DNA of 63,995 nucleotides, counting the filler, from Lenisia limosa (Eukaryota > Protista > Breviatea), in assembly GCA_001655205.1 (NCBI GenBank). It is 12 parts of 12 records of this genome, joined end to end, with 100 filler letters (N's around TTAATTAATTAA, not from the genome) between each part and the next. Parts side by side here need not be neighbours in the genome. Positions count along the whole stretch, not along the records: positions 10,615 to 22,247 come from LPNZ01006325.1; positions 22,348 to 29,123 come from LPNZ01006815.1; 10 more parts are not named here. One strand, written 5' to 3'. The stretch's first letter is position 1. Each line of letters opens with the position of its first letter. A model generated the notes under the pieces. The model saw nothing but the letters and a program-made list of their open reading frames with translations. It did no database searches and was not told where the DNA came from. Made by a program: the position numbers and the translations under genes. Shown piece after piece: positions 11,474 through 25,300 of this stretch.

Positions 11474-14080
11474 ATGGAGGCGCTGAAAGGCCGAGTTTTG
11501 TCCATACAGTCCCATGTTGTTCACGGAGCTGTCGGGAACAAGTGTGCTGTTTTTCCTTTACAGTGGGCGTGGTGCACCAAGCTATGCGCATATTCCATGA
11601 CCTCTACTCTACCCTTTTTTTTTGTTATTATTCAAGGAGTTCTTAGACATGTCCCTTAACTGAGTAATTCAGGTTGTTAGGCTACGAGGTAGACCCAATT
11701 AACGTGGTGCAGTTCTGCAATCATACTGGTGCGTTTGATGTTCCGTAAATACCTGCTGTATAATGTATCCACATATAACCCCCAAAAAAACCATACCCAA
11801 GATCTATGCTTTTCACCCCTCAGGGTACCCCACTTTTTCAGGGCAGGTCCTGGAAGGAGATGACGTTACCAAACTGGTGGCCGGCATGGACAAGAATGGT
11901 CTTGTTCAAGGAATCACACACATCCTCACTGGTAGGAAATTCTGTCTTTCTAAGACCTTTGAAGACATGTTCATATGAGCTCATGTGCATAAGAGCTAGT
12001 TGGAGGTGAAGACATGTGCATATAAGCTAGTTGGGGGTGAAGACATGTGCATATGAGCTAGTTGGGGTTTTTTACTCATCCAATTACCTCTCTCCGACTA
12101 ACCCGCACATAATTTATCATTTGATATTTCACACATTTAGGGCTTCCCTACGGTCCGAAAAAGACCATTTAGATATTGACATTTATCGAGGATTTATCGA
12201 GATATTTGGTCTATTTTGGGCCGTAAAGAACCCCTATACACATCACCAATACTACCCATATACCCCTCCCCCCAGTTTGTTATTGCTTGTTTGTTGTTTG
12301 TTGTTTTTTTGTTTGGAGTTCCAGATTATTCGGTTCGTGATTAGTACCTTTACGCTAATATTCCTTCGTTTTACTNNNNNNNNNNNNNNNNNNNNNNNNN
12401 NNNNNNNNNNNNNNNNNNNNNNNNNNNNNNNNNNNNNNNNNNNNNNNNNNNNNNNNNNNNNNNNNNNNNNNNNNNNNNNNNNNNNNNNNNNNNNNNNNNN
12501 NNNNNNNNNNNNNNNNNNNNNNNNNNNNNNNNNNNNNNNNNNNNNNNNNNNNNNNNNNNNNNNNNNNNNNNNNNNNNNNNNNNNNNNNNTACTCAGAACC
12601 CCGATATGCACTTCAGTGGGGGGAGTGGAGGGTAAACGAAGGAAAATGATGAACCGGTGTAAGGTATGAGTTGAGATTAGCACAGGGGGTACCTTGCTTC
12701 TCAAAACAATATTAAGATACAATACCATGTAAACTATGTAAATTGAACCAGTTTGTTGTATTGACCAGACCAGTCTGCGACCCGGTTTTAGGAGACAACG
12801 GTGCCATGTATGTTCCAAAAGAGAACGTTCAAATTTATAAGGGTGGGGAGGATGGCGTTTTTGACCAATCCTGGGGTTCCATTTGGGAACTGAAAGGATG
12901 CGCCTTAACAAGGGTGGATTGAGCAACATCGTATCACCTTTGACTTCCTGTATACTTCCTCTTGTCATAACTCTTCTAGAAAACCTTCTTCCTCTGTGTT
13001 ACGCTACAACCCCAAACCAATTTGAGGCTGAGTAAGCTTACAATATGCTCTACTCTTTTCTTTGATGAATCTGTACTTCATTTGAGGCTCAACTTCGGGA
13101 TCAAAATTCTCTGTCTATTCTACTTCTACATTCTGTCTGATTAATGGTCCATCCTGACCATATAGACTCCTTGTTGGACGACCGATCACTGACCGACCAA
13201 CTGCCCTGAGTGCTTTGAAGGAGTAGGCCCGGATGTGTTTTTTTTGTTGCAGTAAAGTCTCTAATCATTGAGATCCGGCGGTTGAAACTGTACACAANNN
13301 NNNNNNNNNNNNNNNNNNNNNNNNNNNNNNNNNNNNNNNNNNNNNNNNNNNNNNNNNNNNNNNNNNNNNNNNNNNNNNNNNNNNNNNNNNNNNNNNNNNN
13401 NNNNNNNNNNNNNNNNNNNNNNNTCGGCACCCCGAATTCTCTGTCCCTCTTTGCGGCAATTAAGGATAATGGTTAATGGGTGGCGATAGCCTTATTTAAC
13501 TGTGAAATTGTTTATTCTGATAAAAGTGTCCTCAAGGAAGTCCCCATAATGCTGCGTTCTCTACAATTATTGTCATAACCTCTTAGATGCTGAGGCGATA
13601 TACTATGAAATTTCTTTCGACAAACTGGAGGGTAACTGGACTGGAACTGGTGGGTGGGCTTTTTGGACTTTAGGAGGCTTTGAGCCTTCCACACCACATA
13701 ATAAAATAACATCGGATAAGACAACTCCATATGATATACAGTTTTCTAGGTGGCTTCCTATCCCTATGATGCAAAACCCTGATAATCTAGGTGACCTCTT
13801 TGCGGCTCTTTTCACTGCCCACGCACTGGACCTGACATCCCAGGTTTGTGACCCCGGATTAGGGCTATATTTCCGGGTACCCAGATCTGGAATATAGTCC
13901 TACCCAGGATACAAGTTACCAAATTATCTTGGAGGTTTGGCCAAGTCACCTCATATGTATCTACTATTTATGTATACTTCTCTATACTTTAGTGAAAACA
14001 GAGTTTGAATATGTGTCACTGATAGGTTAGCGAAGACACCGCCAACTGTCAGCCATGAAGAATATTGTAGAAAACATCTT
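11474..14080 (+). CDS. PDXK: Pyridoxal kinase
   Basis: Exons read [24 protein letters not shown]|[19 protein letters not shown]|[40 protein letters not shown] and GNWTGTG|DLFAALF, all diagnostic PdxK motifs. The 3' end is approximate. Confidence 0.95.
11960..12065 (+). repeat. ~31-bp intronic tandem repeat (about 3 copies)
   Basis: Unit GAAGACATGTGCATAT(G/A)AGCTAGTTGG(A/G)GGT. Confidence 0.85.
13860..13902. mobile_element. 43-bp minimal hAT-like foldback element in a PDXK intron
   Basis: TAGGGCTATATTTCC...GGAATATAGTCCTA, flanked by CCCCGGAT / CCCAGGAT (7/8 match). Confidence 0.65.
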
Positions 14081-14592
14081 GTTGCTCTCTATATGTTTTC
14101 TTTGCCACATCAAACACTACCATTACTGTAAAACTGTTAGACTTTCATAAAGGCTATAATAATGATGAGGTGATGAAATCAAAAGAGATCTTGTCAAAGA
14201 ATAAGATAATTTGCTTAACCCAGCTCATTTGTTTATAATAAAGCTGAAATTGAACCGAAGCTTTATAGTCAGTCTCTAATTTTATGTTTTCTTCAAAGGA
14301 ACCTCGGATATCTTGGCTGTACCATTTTGGGGGTTGGCCACCCCAACATTTTAAACTCCAAGATATGATAAATCTNNNNNNNNNNNNNNNNNNNNNNNNN
14401 NNNNNNNNNNNNNNNNNNNNNNNNNNNNNNNNNNNNNNNNNNNNNNNNNNNNNNNNNNNNNNNNNNNNNNNNNNNNNNNNNNACTTCGATTCTGGAAAAT
14501 ATCGATGGTTTTCGAGGATTTATCGAGAAATTCAGTGTTTTTTCGAACCGAAGTGAAGCCCTAATTATAAGTCACCGAATTTGACTGGTTTA

Positions 14593-17500
14593 GGAGTCAT
14601 TGGAGAGGCGAGTGGTGAGTGCCTCTGAAAAGGCAGTTTCAACATTGAAAGGTTTGCGGGTGAAGTAGCTAATTACAATTGTATGAAGAAAGCCCAGCCT
14701 GCAGTGAGTGAATCAGCTTATAGATTCCTGTTGGTGTTTTAAAAATCCCTAAAGACCTATTTAATGATGTCCAGAGATCCTTGGACTGACGCAATGTGCT
14801 GAGTTGCCCCTTGTTGCCTGTCGTGGCATCATCAGCAACCCCAAAGTCTCCGTGGAGGCGGTCAAGGTATAAATTCCCCTTAGATGGTATGGTGTTGTAC
14901 GAGTGGTGCAAATGGATTGGAAATGGCTCGGTGAACGGTTTCCATTCTCTCTCCTTTACCGAATGGAGTATAAGCGGAGGATTGCTGTTAGTCGTTATTC
15001 TATTAAAATGCTATGTCTAAATACATTAATAACAGGGGGGGGGGGGGGGNNNNNNNNNNNNNNNNNNNNNNNNNNNNNNNNNNNNNNNNNNNNNNNNNNN
15101 NNNNNNNNNNNNNNNNNNNNNNNNNNNNNNNNNNNNNNNNNNNNNNNNNNNNNNNNNATTACAAACATAAAATGATACCTGTTCACTGCACAATTCTACT
15201 CCTCTACGAAAAGCATCTCGTCCTGAAAGGTCACTGAATATAAAGCAAAAAAAAAAATACTTTATTGTCTGAACTGAAACAGAGTATCCTATTCACCAAA
15301 TCCAACAAAACGACACCCCCCCCCCCGNNNNNNNNNNNNNNNNNNNNNNNNNNNNNNNNNNNNNNNNNNNNNNNNNNNNNNNNNNNNTCGTCCTTGAGGC
15401 GACCCATGAAGTCAGAAGGACAGTCTCCCCACTTTTGCCTTGGAAGGTTGCTGAGCTGCGTGGTGATATCCGCTGAATGATACTGAAAGAAACAAGTTCA
15501 AGGAATTCGAAGAAAATAGACAATATTTATATTGTGAAATCTAGTTTTGTTTCAACTGGAATCAGCTATCCTACTGGTTCTTGTTTGTGAAGTAAAATAG
15601 GGTCATCATCGTGGTCATCTTCTTCTAAGCTGTAAAAGAAACTTTAATGGGTGTATTTGACAAGCAATAATTGATAACGACTTGGATATGCTATACAAAT
15701 ATCATACCAGGTTCTGGCCGGGGTTCTACGGGACTGGGAGTAAAAGTTGATGGGATTTTGATTGCAGATGTCGTTGGCACACGGGTCTCAAATTTTCTGG
15801 ACATTTTCAATGGTTTTGAAGAGGATGGTAGGATTTTGGACTGCGATGGACTCGGGAGCTTTTGTGGGGACGGCGTGAAGGAGAGGGGTGATTTCATCTT
15901 CTGAAATATATTGGCAGAACCTCGTGTGGACATTCTTGGGAACATGGGGGGCTTGGAGGGCTTCTTGCTGGGGGATTGAGAGGACTGTCCTGCCGGGGAT
16001 TTTACAGACCTTAGGGACGGGGTGGCTTTGGGAGATTTGGGTGATTTGGGAGAGGGCTTGGTGATAGGCGATGAAGGTTTTCTGAGAGTTGACGGAGAAG
16101 AAGTTGGTACTGCTGTTTTGTTGGTGGCGATCTTATGAACTGGCTTCCGAGTATTGGCAACTTTCTGGATCCTAACTGGCTGAGATTTGGTGGTAGCCCG
16201 ACCAGGCTCAGGCTGGGGGTTGGCAAACTCGTTATCAGTGCTGCTGTCTTCCTCCTTTTTGGAAGGGGACATCGGGGGATCAGAGGGCCTGGGGTAGGGT
16301 TCCTTGTCATCGGCAAGAGACACGTCACAGTCGGAGTCAGCAGGAAGGTCTGGGGAGCCGCTGGGTTGCGGCATTGTGTCATCTCGGGATGCAGCACTCG
16401 TTCCATTTGGCGCGGCAGGGGGACTGTCAGCACTGTTTTCGTGGGTGTCAGCTTCGGATAAAACGTCTTTTAAGGAGACTGAAGGTTCTTTCTTGTCATT
16501 TAGAATTTCCAGGGGGAGCTGGACTTTAAACGTCGATGGAGACGGCACTTTGAGGCGGGCCTTTATTGCAGCTGGTGGGGGGATATTATAACAATGAATA
16601 AGCTCAAGTCCAAACAGAAAACATCAAAGTTCCAGATGTTTCTACTATTGGAAACAAATTGGAGAGTGAGAAATGAATCCCACAGCAGTAAACTGTAAAT
16701 GCGAATTACTTAAATCGAGTATTCTATGAATCTTTATGTCATCAGTTTTTTGTATTGCCCTACCACTATAAACGTTATGAACAGCTTGACGCGCCAATTT
16801 CTGGACCTCTCTTTGGTTGTGAATCGCACGCAACACAGCCTATGAGGTAAACAGAAATGGTGGGGTCTGGAAAAGGGGAAGCCTGCTGGTGAAGGTTTTA
16901 TTAGATTATCAATGGGTATCTCAACAGGAAATTCGACTTTTTTCGAATGTTCTAGAAGCTTTTGGACTTTTTGATGGTCCCCCCCCCCAAAGTTTCAACT
17001 ATTGAAAGTATCCAAAAACTTCTAGAATATTCGAAAAAAAGTTCAAAAAAAAACATCCCCTTATGCTTGAGGTATACATTGAATCGACAATCAAACAGCA
17101 CCCTTGCCCACAATGTCATCTGTAGCAGTACGTGGGATTTCCTCGGAAGACTCCGGAAGTGTGGGGCCTGAATGGGTAAAAGGTACGACTCCGTGCAATC
17201 AAATATTTGAAGAAAATAGTAAAGTTTGAAATTAAAGTGTCTGAAACGAGGTTCCTATGACAATCTGCCTCACTTCAAATTTTGAAATTATTTTTTCAAT
17301 GAATGATACGGAGCACTAGTAAAAGGTAATGAGTTCAAAATCTACAAGGAATTGGTGGGCTGTGTATAATATCAATATCGCTTAAAAGAGTGACAGTGTG
17401 AACCACTTCGATCAGTATATCCCAGTTTTATTTTCCATTTCTACCCCCCCCCCCCACCAANNNNNNNNNNNNNNNNNNNNNNNNNNNNNNNNNNNNNNNN

Positions 17501-20500
17501 NNNNNNNNNNNNNNNNNNNNNNNNNNNNNNNNNNNNNNNNNNNNNNNNNNNNNNNGGTAACCTTTTCGGATTTTTGGGGCTTATTTCTGGCAAAAGCGGT
17601 GCTGATGTAGTTTTTGGCCTTTTCTATTAGCTCATCTTGCCTCTTTCTAATGGACGCTTCTCTTTGTTCATTTTGAGTCTTGTTATCTTTTTCTTCCTTA
17701 CCTTCCTTCTCTTGGGTCACGTCATCCTTATCTTGTTCTAATAACTCTGCTTTCTGTTCTGATGGCGCATTCACCAACTGAGCTGCAACGCTGCCGAAAA
17801 GCCCGGATGATTCTGAATCTAACTCCTCCGAAGGGACACGGGCACTGGAAGGCGGAACATTAGCTACACTAGGGGCAGATGTAGTGGATGTCATTTCGGT
17901 CTCCAAGAGCAGCTGGCGCTTCTCTTCCATGATTCGAGCCTTACGGTCCTCCCAGTAGTTCTGGTTCTGCATCATCTGTGCCTGCTGTAAATACGGCGTG
18001 ATGACACTCGTATTGTCAACGGGGCTTTCCAACAGGTCGCCAGTACGACGCAGACTGCGCAATGTGCGCTGCCGCTTTTTGGCGTGAGGGTCGTTGTAGG
18101 AGAGGGCCAGGTTCTCTTGGGGCTGCGACACGGCTTTCTCGGGAGATGGTACGTATTCATCCGGCTCAGGTTTTGGGTTGTCTGGACGGTTATTTCCAGT
18201 GGGTGTGCCTGTGAATTACTTAACAACGGTGAAAGTTGAATATATATATGATAACATATTTATGATGTTCCAAAAAGCCTACAAAGATGTACACTTTTAA
18301 ACATTGGGGTTGTTTTTTGCCATTATTTATATTGCAGATTTTACTCAAGGAAATATTACTCTCCCAATATCCTATGTACATAGAAAAGATGCAATTCTGG
18401 CCATCAAATCAAAGGATGTACTCTACACCCCATCGTACTCTTGACATACTCCCTTTTGATGCTTTCTTCTGGATAAGAAACATTGAGGAAAGCAAAGTTC
18501 TTCCTCTTGGCCCTCCGTCTAAGCAATATGAAAGGGTGGAACAAGAAACAATGCCACTTCGGTTCAACAACAACAAACGATCAAATCATTATTATTCCAT
18601 TGTATTACTTCTTTTTAGTTGTCTTGCTCTATTTCACTGGAAAAGACAAGAGAAAAAAAGATATGCCAACACAATGTAAGGCAAGAAACGTGAACTCATT
18701 CAGCTTTCAAAACGACAAATGTGGCAATTTTAAAGCTGGAAAGAACATATTCCTTTCATTGAATCCGAATGAGCAGAAATCTGAAGCGGTGTCAAACCTG
18801 ATGGTTGGCACAACGGTCTCTGTCGTCAAAGGCGCATACAGCCATCCGCTGCAATTCTCAAGCCCCCCACAGAAGCATGGAATCTCAAGGTACTCGGGTT
18901 TATCTAGAGAGAGGGGATTATATTGAGCTAATACCTAATCAGATCCACTAATTGAAGATCCAGTCCCTCCTCCCACCAGAAGTCCAATGATAGTTGACAT
19001 GAAGCCCCTCCTCCCACCAGAAGTCCAATGATAGTTGACATGAAGAGGAGTACCTGGCTCAATCGTTTTAATGGCCATAATTAACACGGTAACTTGCTCA
19101 TCCACAAGACCATATTCAAATCTGGGGTGTGATTGAAAAAAGACTATAAAAAGGGACCTCAAAATCCGTTGACCTTTTTACTCCAGCCCCCCCCCCCCAA
19201 ACTTGCAGTTNNNNNNNNNNNNNNNNNNNNNNNNNNNNNNNNNNNNNNNNNNNNNNNNNNNNNNNNNNNNNNNNNNNNNAGCAACGCCTGGTTTTGTTCC
19301 TTGGAGAACCATCCACAACCAGGTCGTTTCGGCCTAAACTGTCAATCTAACCAAGGATCCACTTCCGCTTCAAAAAGACATCCACCATCATACTACAATG
19401 ATAATAACAATCTCATTTCTTTGTATTTAAAAGTTTTAAACCAAAGCTACCTGGGAGATCAATCATCCAATTTTGTGTGGAGTTCTTGGTTGATGAATTT
19501 TGGGACATAACTTCTCCCCAGTAACCTGTGATGATCTATTGCGTTATTGCACTGTTCAAAGTGTATTGGAGGTTGTGTGCAATATGAATGAAAACTAAAC
19601 GCATTGATCGGATCGGTCTTTCCTGATAAAAACAAAATTGATCCAAGTCTCTTATGCCATAACCTGTTAGTATCAAAATATAGCACCGTTTCCCAATTCA
19701 ATCACCACCCTACCTGCCCTGCTTTCACAACTGGTGATGTAGCACTGAGCTTGACTCCCCACTCCGCACTAAAAGCGTGAATTCAGATGTGGAGAAAAGC
19801 GAATCAAATGAGAAGGGATACATTTAGTGCTTCACTTCGGTTCGTGAATTTCTCGATAAATCTCGAAAACTGTCGATTTTTCCTGAACCGAAGTGAAACC
19901 ATAGTGACTCAGGGAGGCGCCAACTTTGCGATATCATCAGCGGTCACTGTTTCAGCCTCGATCTTAAGCTGCTCCTCCAGGGTTCCGAGGGTGACATAGG
20001 CGGGGTCAACATACCTAATTTTTTAGTGCCAAAGCTTCAAATGGTGTGGTGGACAGCTTCGGTCAGATACAAGGTTTATGTAAATAAATTTACATACGCT
20101 ATGCTGTTCATTGTAATTTCATAGTTCAAAATGGTTTATCTTACCACAAAACAGCTACTAGACCCTTATTTATTGGTCATCATCACCACCAATTACAATC
20201 AACTCCCCTCTCATCACCAATCGTATTCTCACCACCAAAACACCACATACCTTACGTTTTTTGCACTAAAGTCTCTATTGAAGGATCATAGAGATCCTCA
20301 ACTCACCACACACAGCTACTGGAATCTTTACTGCCCATCATCACCACGCCACTTAATATCACCACGGCTGGGGGTGGCCACATGTACTGCATGGTCTGCC
20401 CCCCCCCCCNNNNNNNNNNNNNNNNNNNNNNNNNNNNNNNNNNNNNNNNNNNNNNNNNNNNNNNNNNNNNNNNNNNNNNNNNNNNNNNNTCCAAATGTCC

Positions 20501-22247
20501 GTCTCCTAGGAACTGTTTTCGGTCGTAAGTGCGAACAAGACTGCCAGCTGCGGTGTGGTCATTGGAATTGTTTTAAAATTTCCCTTAGTTCTACGCGTCG
20601 TTGGAAAGAAGGTAACCCCCCATTATATTGTTGAAAGGCACTCATAATGGCTATCAATAAGAATAGCGACCCCCCCAATTTCATAAAATTATAGAGGTCT
20701 TAAATGTATGATTCCACTAGTTGCTACTTGCTTCTTCCTACCAACCTTTATTGCGAACTTGCGTGTAAGTGTTCTTCCTTTTCAGCTCTTCGTCAGCATA
20801 AAAAATAGTGGACCGATGTTCTGGGTGGGGGGTAACAAGGATGTAGAGTTTATCGTGTTTCATTGTACGATTCTTGCACTGAATCAGTGATACACTAAAA
20901 CGTACCAGAAGGGGGGTCGGACTCTTTAGGCTGTGGTGGAGGGGGAGTGCGATATCTCACGGGGGCTGCGGACTTCCTCGGCTTCCAATCCCAAGATACA
21001 TAATCATCTTCACGGGGCTATGAGGGTCATTAACATATTGTGAAAGAACCAAAGCAGTCGATACCATCAAAGGGGTACATCTCCCCACAGCTTTCTTGTT
21101 AGACCCCCCCACATCTTTCTTGTAAGATGGTATAATCTGCGGTTGTGGCGCGACTTGGTTAACCTAAACCAGCAATTAACGGTGACTACTTTTCATGTAA
21201 ACAAAGACAAATACTCGGTATTGTTTACAGCCATCCGTACCTGCTTTGGTAATGGCTTAAAGCGCGGTTCTGGGGCTTGGCTTGTGGTGTTGTCCTGAAT
21301 AATATTGTTGGCCTGGATAATTATGTTGCCCTGATTAATAAGTATATTATCATCAATAAGGGGCTATGGTAAATGAATGACGTGAGGAAGGCCACACTAC
21401 CTGTTTAGTGGAAGGCATGGAATGAGTGATATCTCTACCCTTTAAACAGTCAATAGAGTAGCTTACGTAATGCCACAATCCAAATGCTGTCCATGTGAAC
21501 CAGTTCACCTATCCCCATCATCACCCCACGGCTACCTGGGCGACATAGAAATTCCTGGGGATAACCGGCAACGTTTGTACCGGCTGCGGGGGCGCGGCAA
21601 AAAACGATCTCGATGACACACTCTGATTCGGAATGTGGGGCAACGGCGTTTGTTGGGCAAAGGAATATGGGTTCTGGATGAGCGGAATTGGAGGTAGCGA
21701 AGACAGTGATGACGGGATTAGGGGGACTTGGCCGAGGGGGAGCTTGACCCCATTGAGATGCTGGAAGTGGTTGTGGGCAAATTGGTGGGAGGCCACTCGG
21801 GGTGCCAAGGGCTGTTGGAATGTCCGTGGTCTGATGGTGGGTTGCGGCGCTGTAGTGGGCCTAGGGGGTGAGAGAAAAAAANNNNNNNNNNNNNNNNNNN
21901 NNNNNNNNNNNNNNNNNNNNNNNNNNNNNNNNNNNNNNNNNNNNNNNNNNNGTTGAAGATTATGGTTTTACAAATTTGTATTCTGCATCCCTCATGAACA
22001 CCACCGCACCTGGAAGTTGCCATGGGCACAAAGTTTCGCTGATGGGATGACTGATTGTACGGGGCAATCGTGACATGTTGCTGCGATGAGGGGAGAAGGG
22101 GTGTGTGTGACGGCGGGAGCACTGCGTTGGGTGATTTTGGCAGAATGCTCGCGGATTGAGACTGTAAATTCGAGGAAGCTTCTACGGCTTGAACATGTGA
22201 GACTTCATTGAGCTTCTGCGATTTTGTTGGGGGAAGTATCTGTTTAC
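14593..22247 (-). CDS. Large SET + post-SET domain protein with long P/S/Q-rich low-complexity regions (may be two genes); 5' end beyond the contig
   Basis: SET exons AEWGVKLSATSPVVKAGQ (~19715-19770), YWGEVMSQ..WMIDLP (~19450-19525), LVVDGSPRNKTRRC (~19280-19340) and VLIMAIKTIEPGTPLHVNYHW (~19020-19135). Post-SET YLEIPCFCGGLENCSGWL (~18830-18895). Long open exons at 17575-18200 and 15700-16560. Confidence 0.7.
16936..17046. repeat. ~110-bp intronic foldback (imperfect palindrome)
   Basis: TTTTTTCGAATGTTCTAGAAG..TTTTGGA pairs with TCCAAAAACTTCTAGAATATTCGAAAAAA around a central C-run. Confidence 0.7.
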
Positions 22248-22347
22248 NNNNNNNNNNNNNNNNNNNNNNNNNNNNNNNNNNNNNNNNNNNNTTAATTAAT
22301 TAANNNNNNNNNNNNNNNNNNNNNNNNNNNNNNNNNNNNNNNNNNNN

Positions 22348-25300
22348 TACTGTAAGGCTTGGCCCGAGAGTCGAAGAGCTGTGAAGCGCGTATCCGGACT
22401 AAATCATCAAAAGCAGATTTTCACTTTTGGTTCCACAAGACTGACAAAGTATTGATATTTATGGACGGTCTATTTTGGAACTGAAAGTATTGATATTTGT
22501 GGACGGTCTATTTTGGAACTGAAAGGAAAACTCTGATCAAAATAGCTCTAGAGTTTCCTTTTGAGCAATTATTAGGTAGAAATTGGCAGCAAAAAAAGGC
22601 TGTATCTGGCCGAAGCCGTCCACAACATCACGCTTATAAGAGATATTGGTTTAGAGTATCTGGCCATAGCTGTCCACAACATCACACTTATAAGGGAACA
22701 GAAATCATGGAGTTTCTTCGATTAACACTTGCATATAAAAACGCCGCCCGAATAATATACATTACCCCACATTACCCCATATTACCCCCAGCCTTCAGAG
22801 TTATTTTGGGCTTTTTTGTTTCATAAATTTTCTATTTTACCCCCCCCCCCCCCAACCTCGTTCCTGATGAAGCTAGTCGTAGAAGTGCGGGTATCAGGAC
22901 CATGGTGACGGTTTTGCCATTCTGAGCAAGGACTGGCCCTGGCTGGGGGATTAAGTAAGGTCATGATTAGGGCTCTTCACTTCATTCACATTGACAAAAT
23001 CCTCGAAAAATTTCAGAAAAAAGTGTAAAGCGGTATCCCAGAAGTATTTATTTGGATGGCTTCGTTTATAAGATTTATTAAAGAGCTTCACTTTCTGTTC
23101 CACCGAGGATTTATAATTCAGCGTGAAGCCCCAAATTGTACCCAAAAGCTAGATAGCTTTGTCCACCCACATTAACAACGGCTTCGGTGACATTAAGCAC
23201 AGGGTCCCTGAAATCGCCTGCTGAAATGTCGCCAACGTGAGTACTGTCAATTTGTCCAATGAAACCAGCCTTTACGGTCAGTTCTCATTTTGGGTGATAT
23301 AATTTACTTCCTTCCCCAATGTCATATGACCCCCCCCCCCCNNNNNNNNNNNNNNNNNNNNNNNNNNNNNNNNNNNNNNNNNNNNNNNNNNNNNNNNNNN
23401 NNNNNNNNNNNNNNNNNTTACCCCGTACCAGGCTATTGATAACGTTGCCATTGATGGTGGTGACTCTAAGGCGTTTCGACGCGGCAACGTGCACGATCAG
23501 CGCCAAACACGGCAATTGCGCTTTCAGCGTCCGCAGCCGCTGGGGGTGTAAAATGGGGTGGCTATTAGGAATAAGGGGGTGGGGTATATCATATTAATTA
23601 ATGAGCACGACCGAGGGGTATAATGGTACATAAAATTAATGGGCAGGAATGGGGTAAAAGGAATCGGTAAGTTCATTTTGAGAGACAATTGGATGACGGA
23701 GTGATCATACGTATATGATTGAACATTGATATAATATCATATTATACTACGATATATCATATGGCTCTAAAAAAAAAAAAAAAAATTTCGCGANNNNNNN
23801 NNNNNNNNNNNNNNNNNNNNNNNNNNNNNNNNNNNNNNNNNNNNNNNNNNNNNNNNNNNNNNNNNNNNNNNNNNNNNNNNNNNNNNNNNNNNNNNNNNNN
23901 NNNNNNNNNNNNNNNNNNNNNNNNNNNNNNNNNNNNNNNNNNNNNNNNNNNNNNNNNNNNNNNNNNAAGCATAATAATTATGATATATTGGGCTTCCCTA
24001 AATTCAGAAAAAGACCGGTAAAATATCGTTACTCATCGAGGAGTTATTGAGGAATTATCGAGGAGTTATTGAGGAATTATCGAGGATTTATTGATCAATT
24101 AGGTCTTTTTTACCGTAGGGAAGCCTTAATGATAAAAATATAATACCCGTTATTGAAGCTATTTGGAGCACATACCTGAGGAGGGGGGTTTCGTCTGCCA
24201 ACAACGGCCTTCATGTCTCGATGAATCCTTGGAGGTTAGAGCGAAATGAGGTGATGGATGGTTAGGGCTTCACTTTGGTTCTGAATTTATCGATATATTC
24301 TCGAAAGCTTCGATATTAATGGGGCTGGAGCGAATGAGATGGTGATGGTACAGAAAGTCATATCGATATTAATGATAGAAATTCCGTTTTATTTTGGTTC
24401 AAACCGAAGTGAAGCCCATAATATCATTTTACCACGTCAGTCCCCCCCTACGCCTCTGCCACCGCCGGCACAAGTTGGGTGATTGCGCGTTGGGCCGCGC
24501 GTGCGCATTGTGACACGTATTCCAACGCAGGCGAAGTGTGTGAGGGGGAGACTCCTGGGGTAGGCAACATCTNNNNNNNNNNNNNNNNNNNNNNNNNNNN
24601 NNNNNNNNNNNNNNNNNNNNNNNNNNNNNNNNNNNNNNNNNNNNNNNNNNNNNNNNNNNNNNNNNNNNNNNNNNNNNNNNNNNNNNNNNNNNNNNNNNNN
24701 NNNNNNNNNNNNNNNNNNNNNNNNNNNNNNNNNNNNNNNNNNNNNNNNNNNNNNNNNNNNNNNNNNNNNNNNNNNNNNNNNNNNNNNNNNNNNNNNNNNN
24801 NNNNNNNNNNCAAAAATAAAAGAGCTAAATCATCAACTCTGTTGGCTGATAACACAAGAGTGTTGAGAACAACGAACAACTGCCACCTCATCCCATCACC
24901 CCAGTGTATGAAATGTTAATAAAAAAAACACAAAATAACTCTCCTGGGTAAGACTTTGAGTGACACGTGAAGATTGAAAATAATATTAAAGCGTTAGGCA
25001 GGGGGGGGGGGGGGTANNNNNNNNNNNNNNNNNNNNNNNNNNNNNNNNNNNNNNNNNNNNNNNNNNNNNNNNNNNNNNNNNNNNNNNNNNNNNNNNNNNN
25101 NNNNNNNNNNNNNNNNNNNNNNNNNNNNNNNNNNNNNNNNNNNNNNNNNNNNNNNNNNNNNNNNNCCGATTAGCTATGTGATTTCCCAAGGAAAATGTCA
25201 CTGTATGTGATATACTAATAGTATTGGTGAAATAAACTCATCTTAGCGACAAAGCCGCTGAAGGAGTAAAACAAAGGGCATTTCAAGTATGAATACGTGG

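Noticed and set aside
12252-12968. 238-aa minus-strand ORF ([10 protein letters not shown]...)
   Set aside because: It is the antisense shadow of PDXK exons (CDPVLGDNG on the + strand), extended through Ns.
24180-24225. IHRDMKA kinase-like peptide within the ULK4 region
   Set aside because: It lies downstream of the HEAT exons, where a catalytic loop cannot be, and has no other kinase motifs. It is probably a chance reading in the wrong frame.
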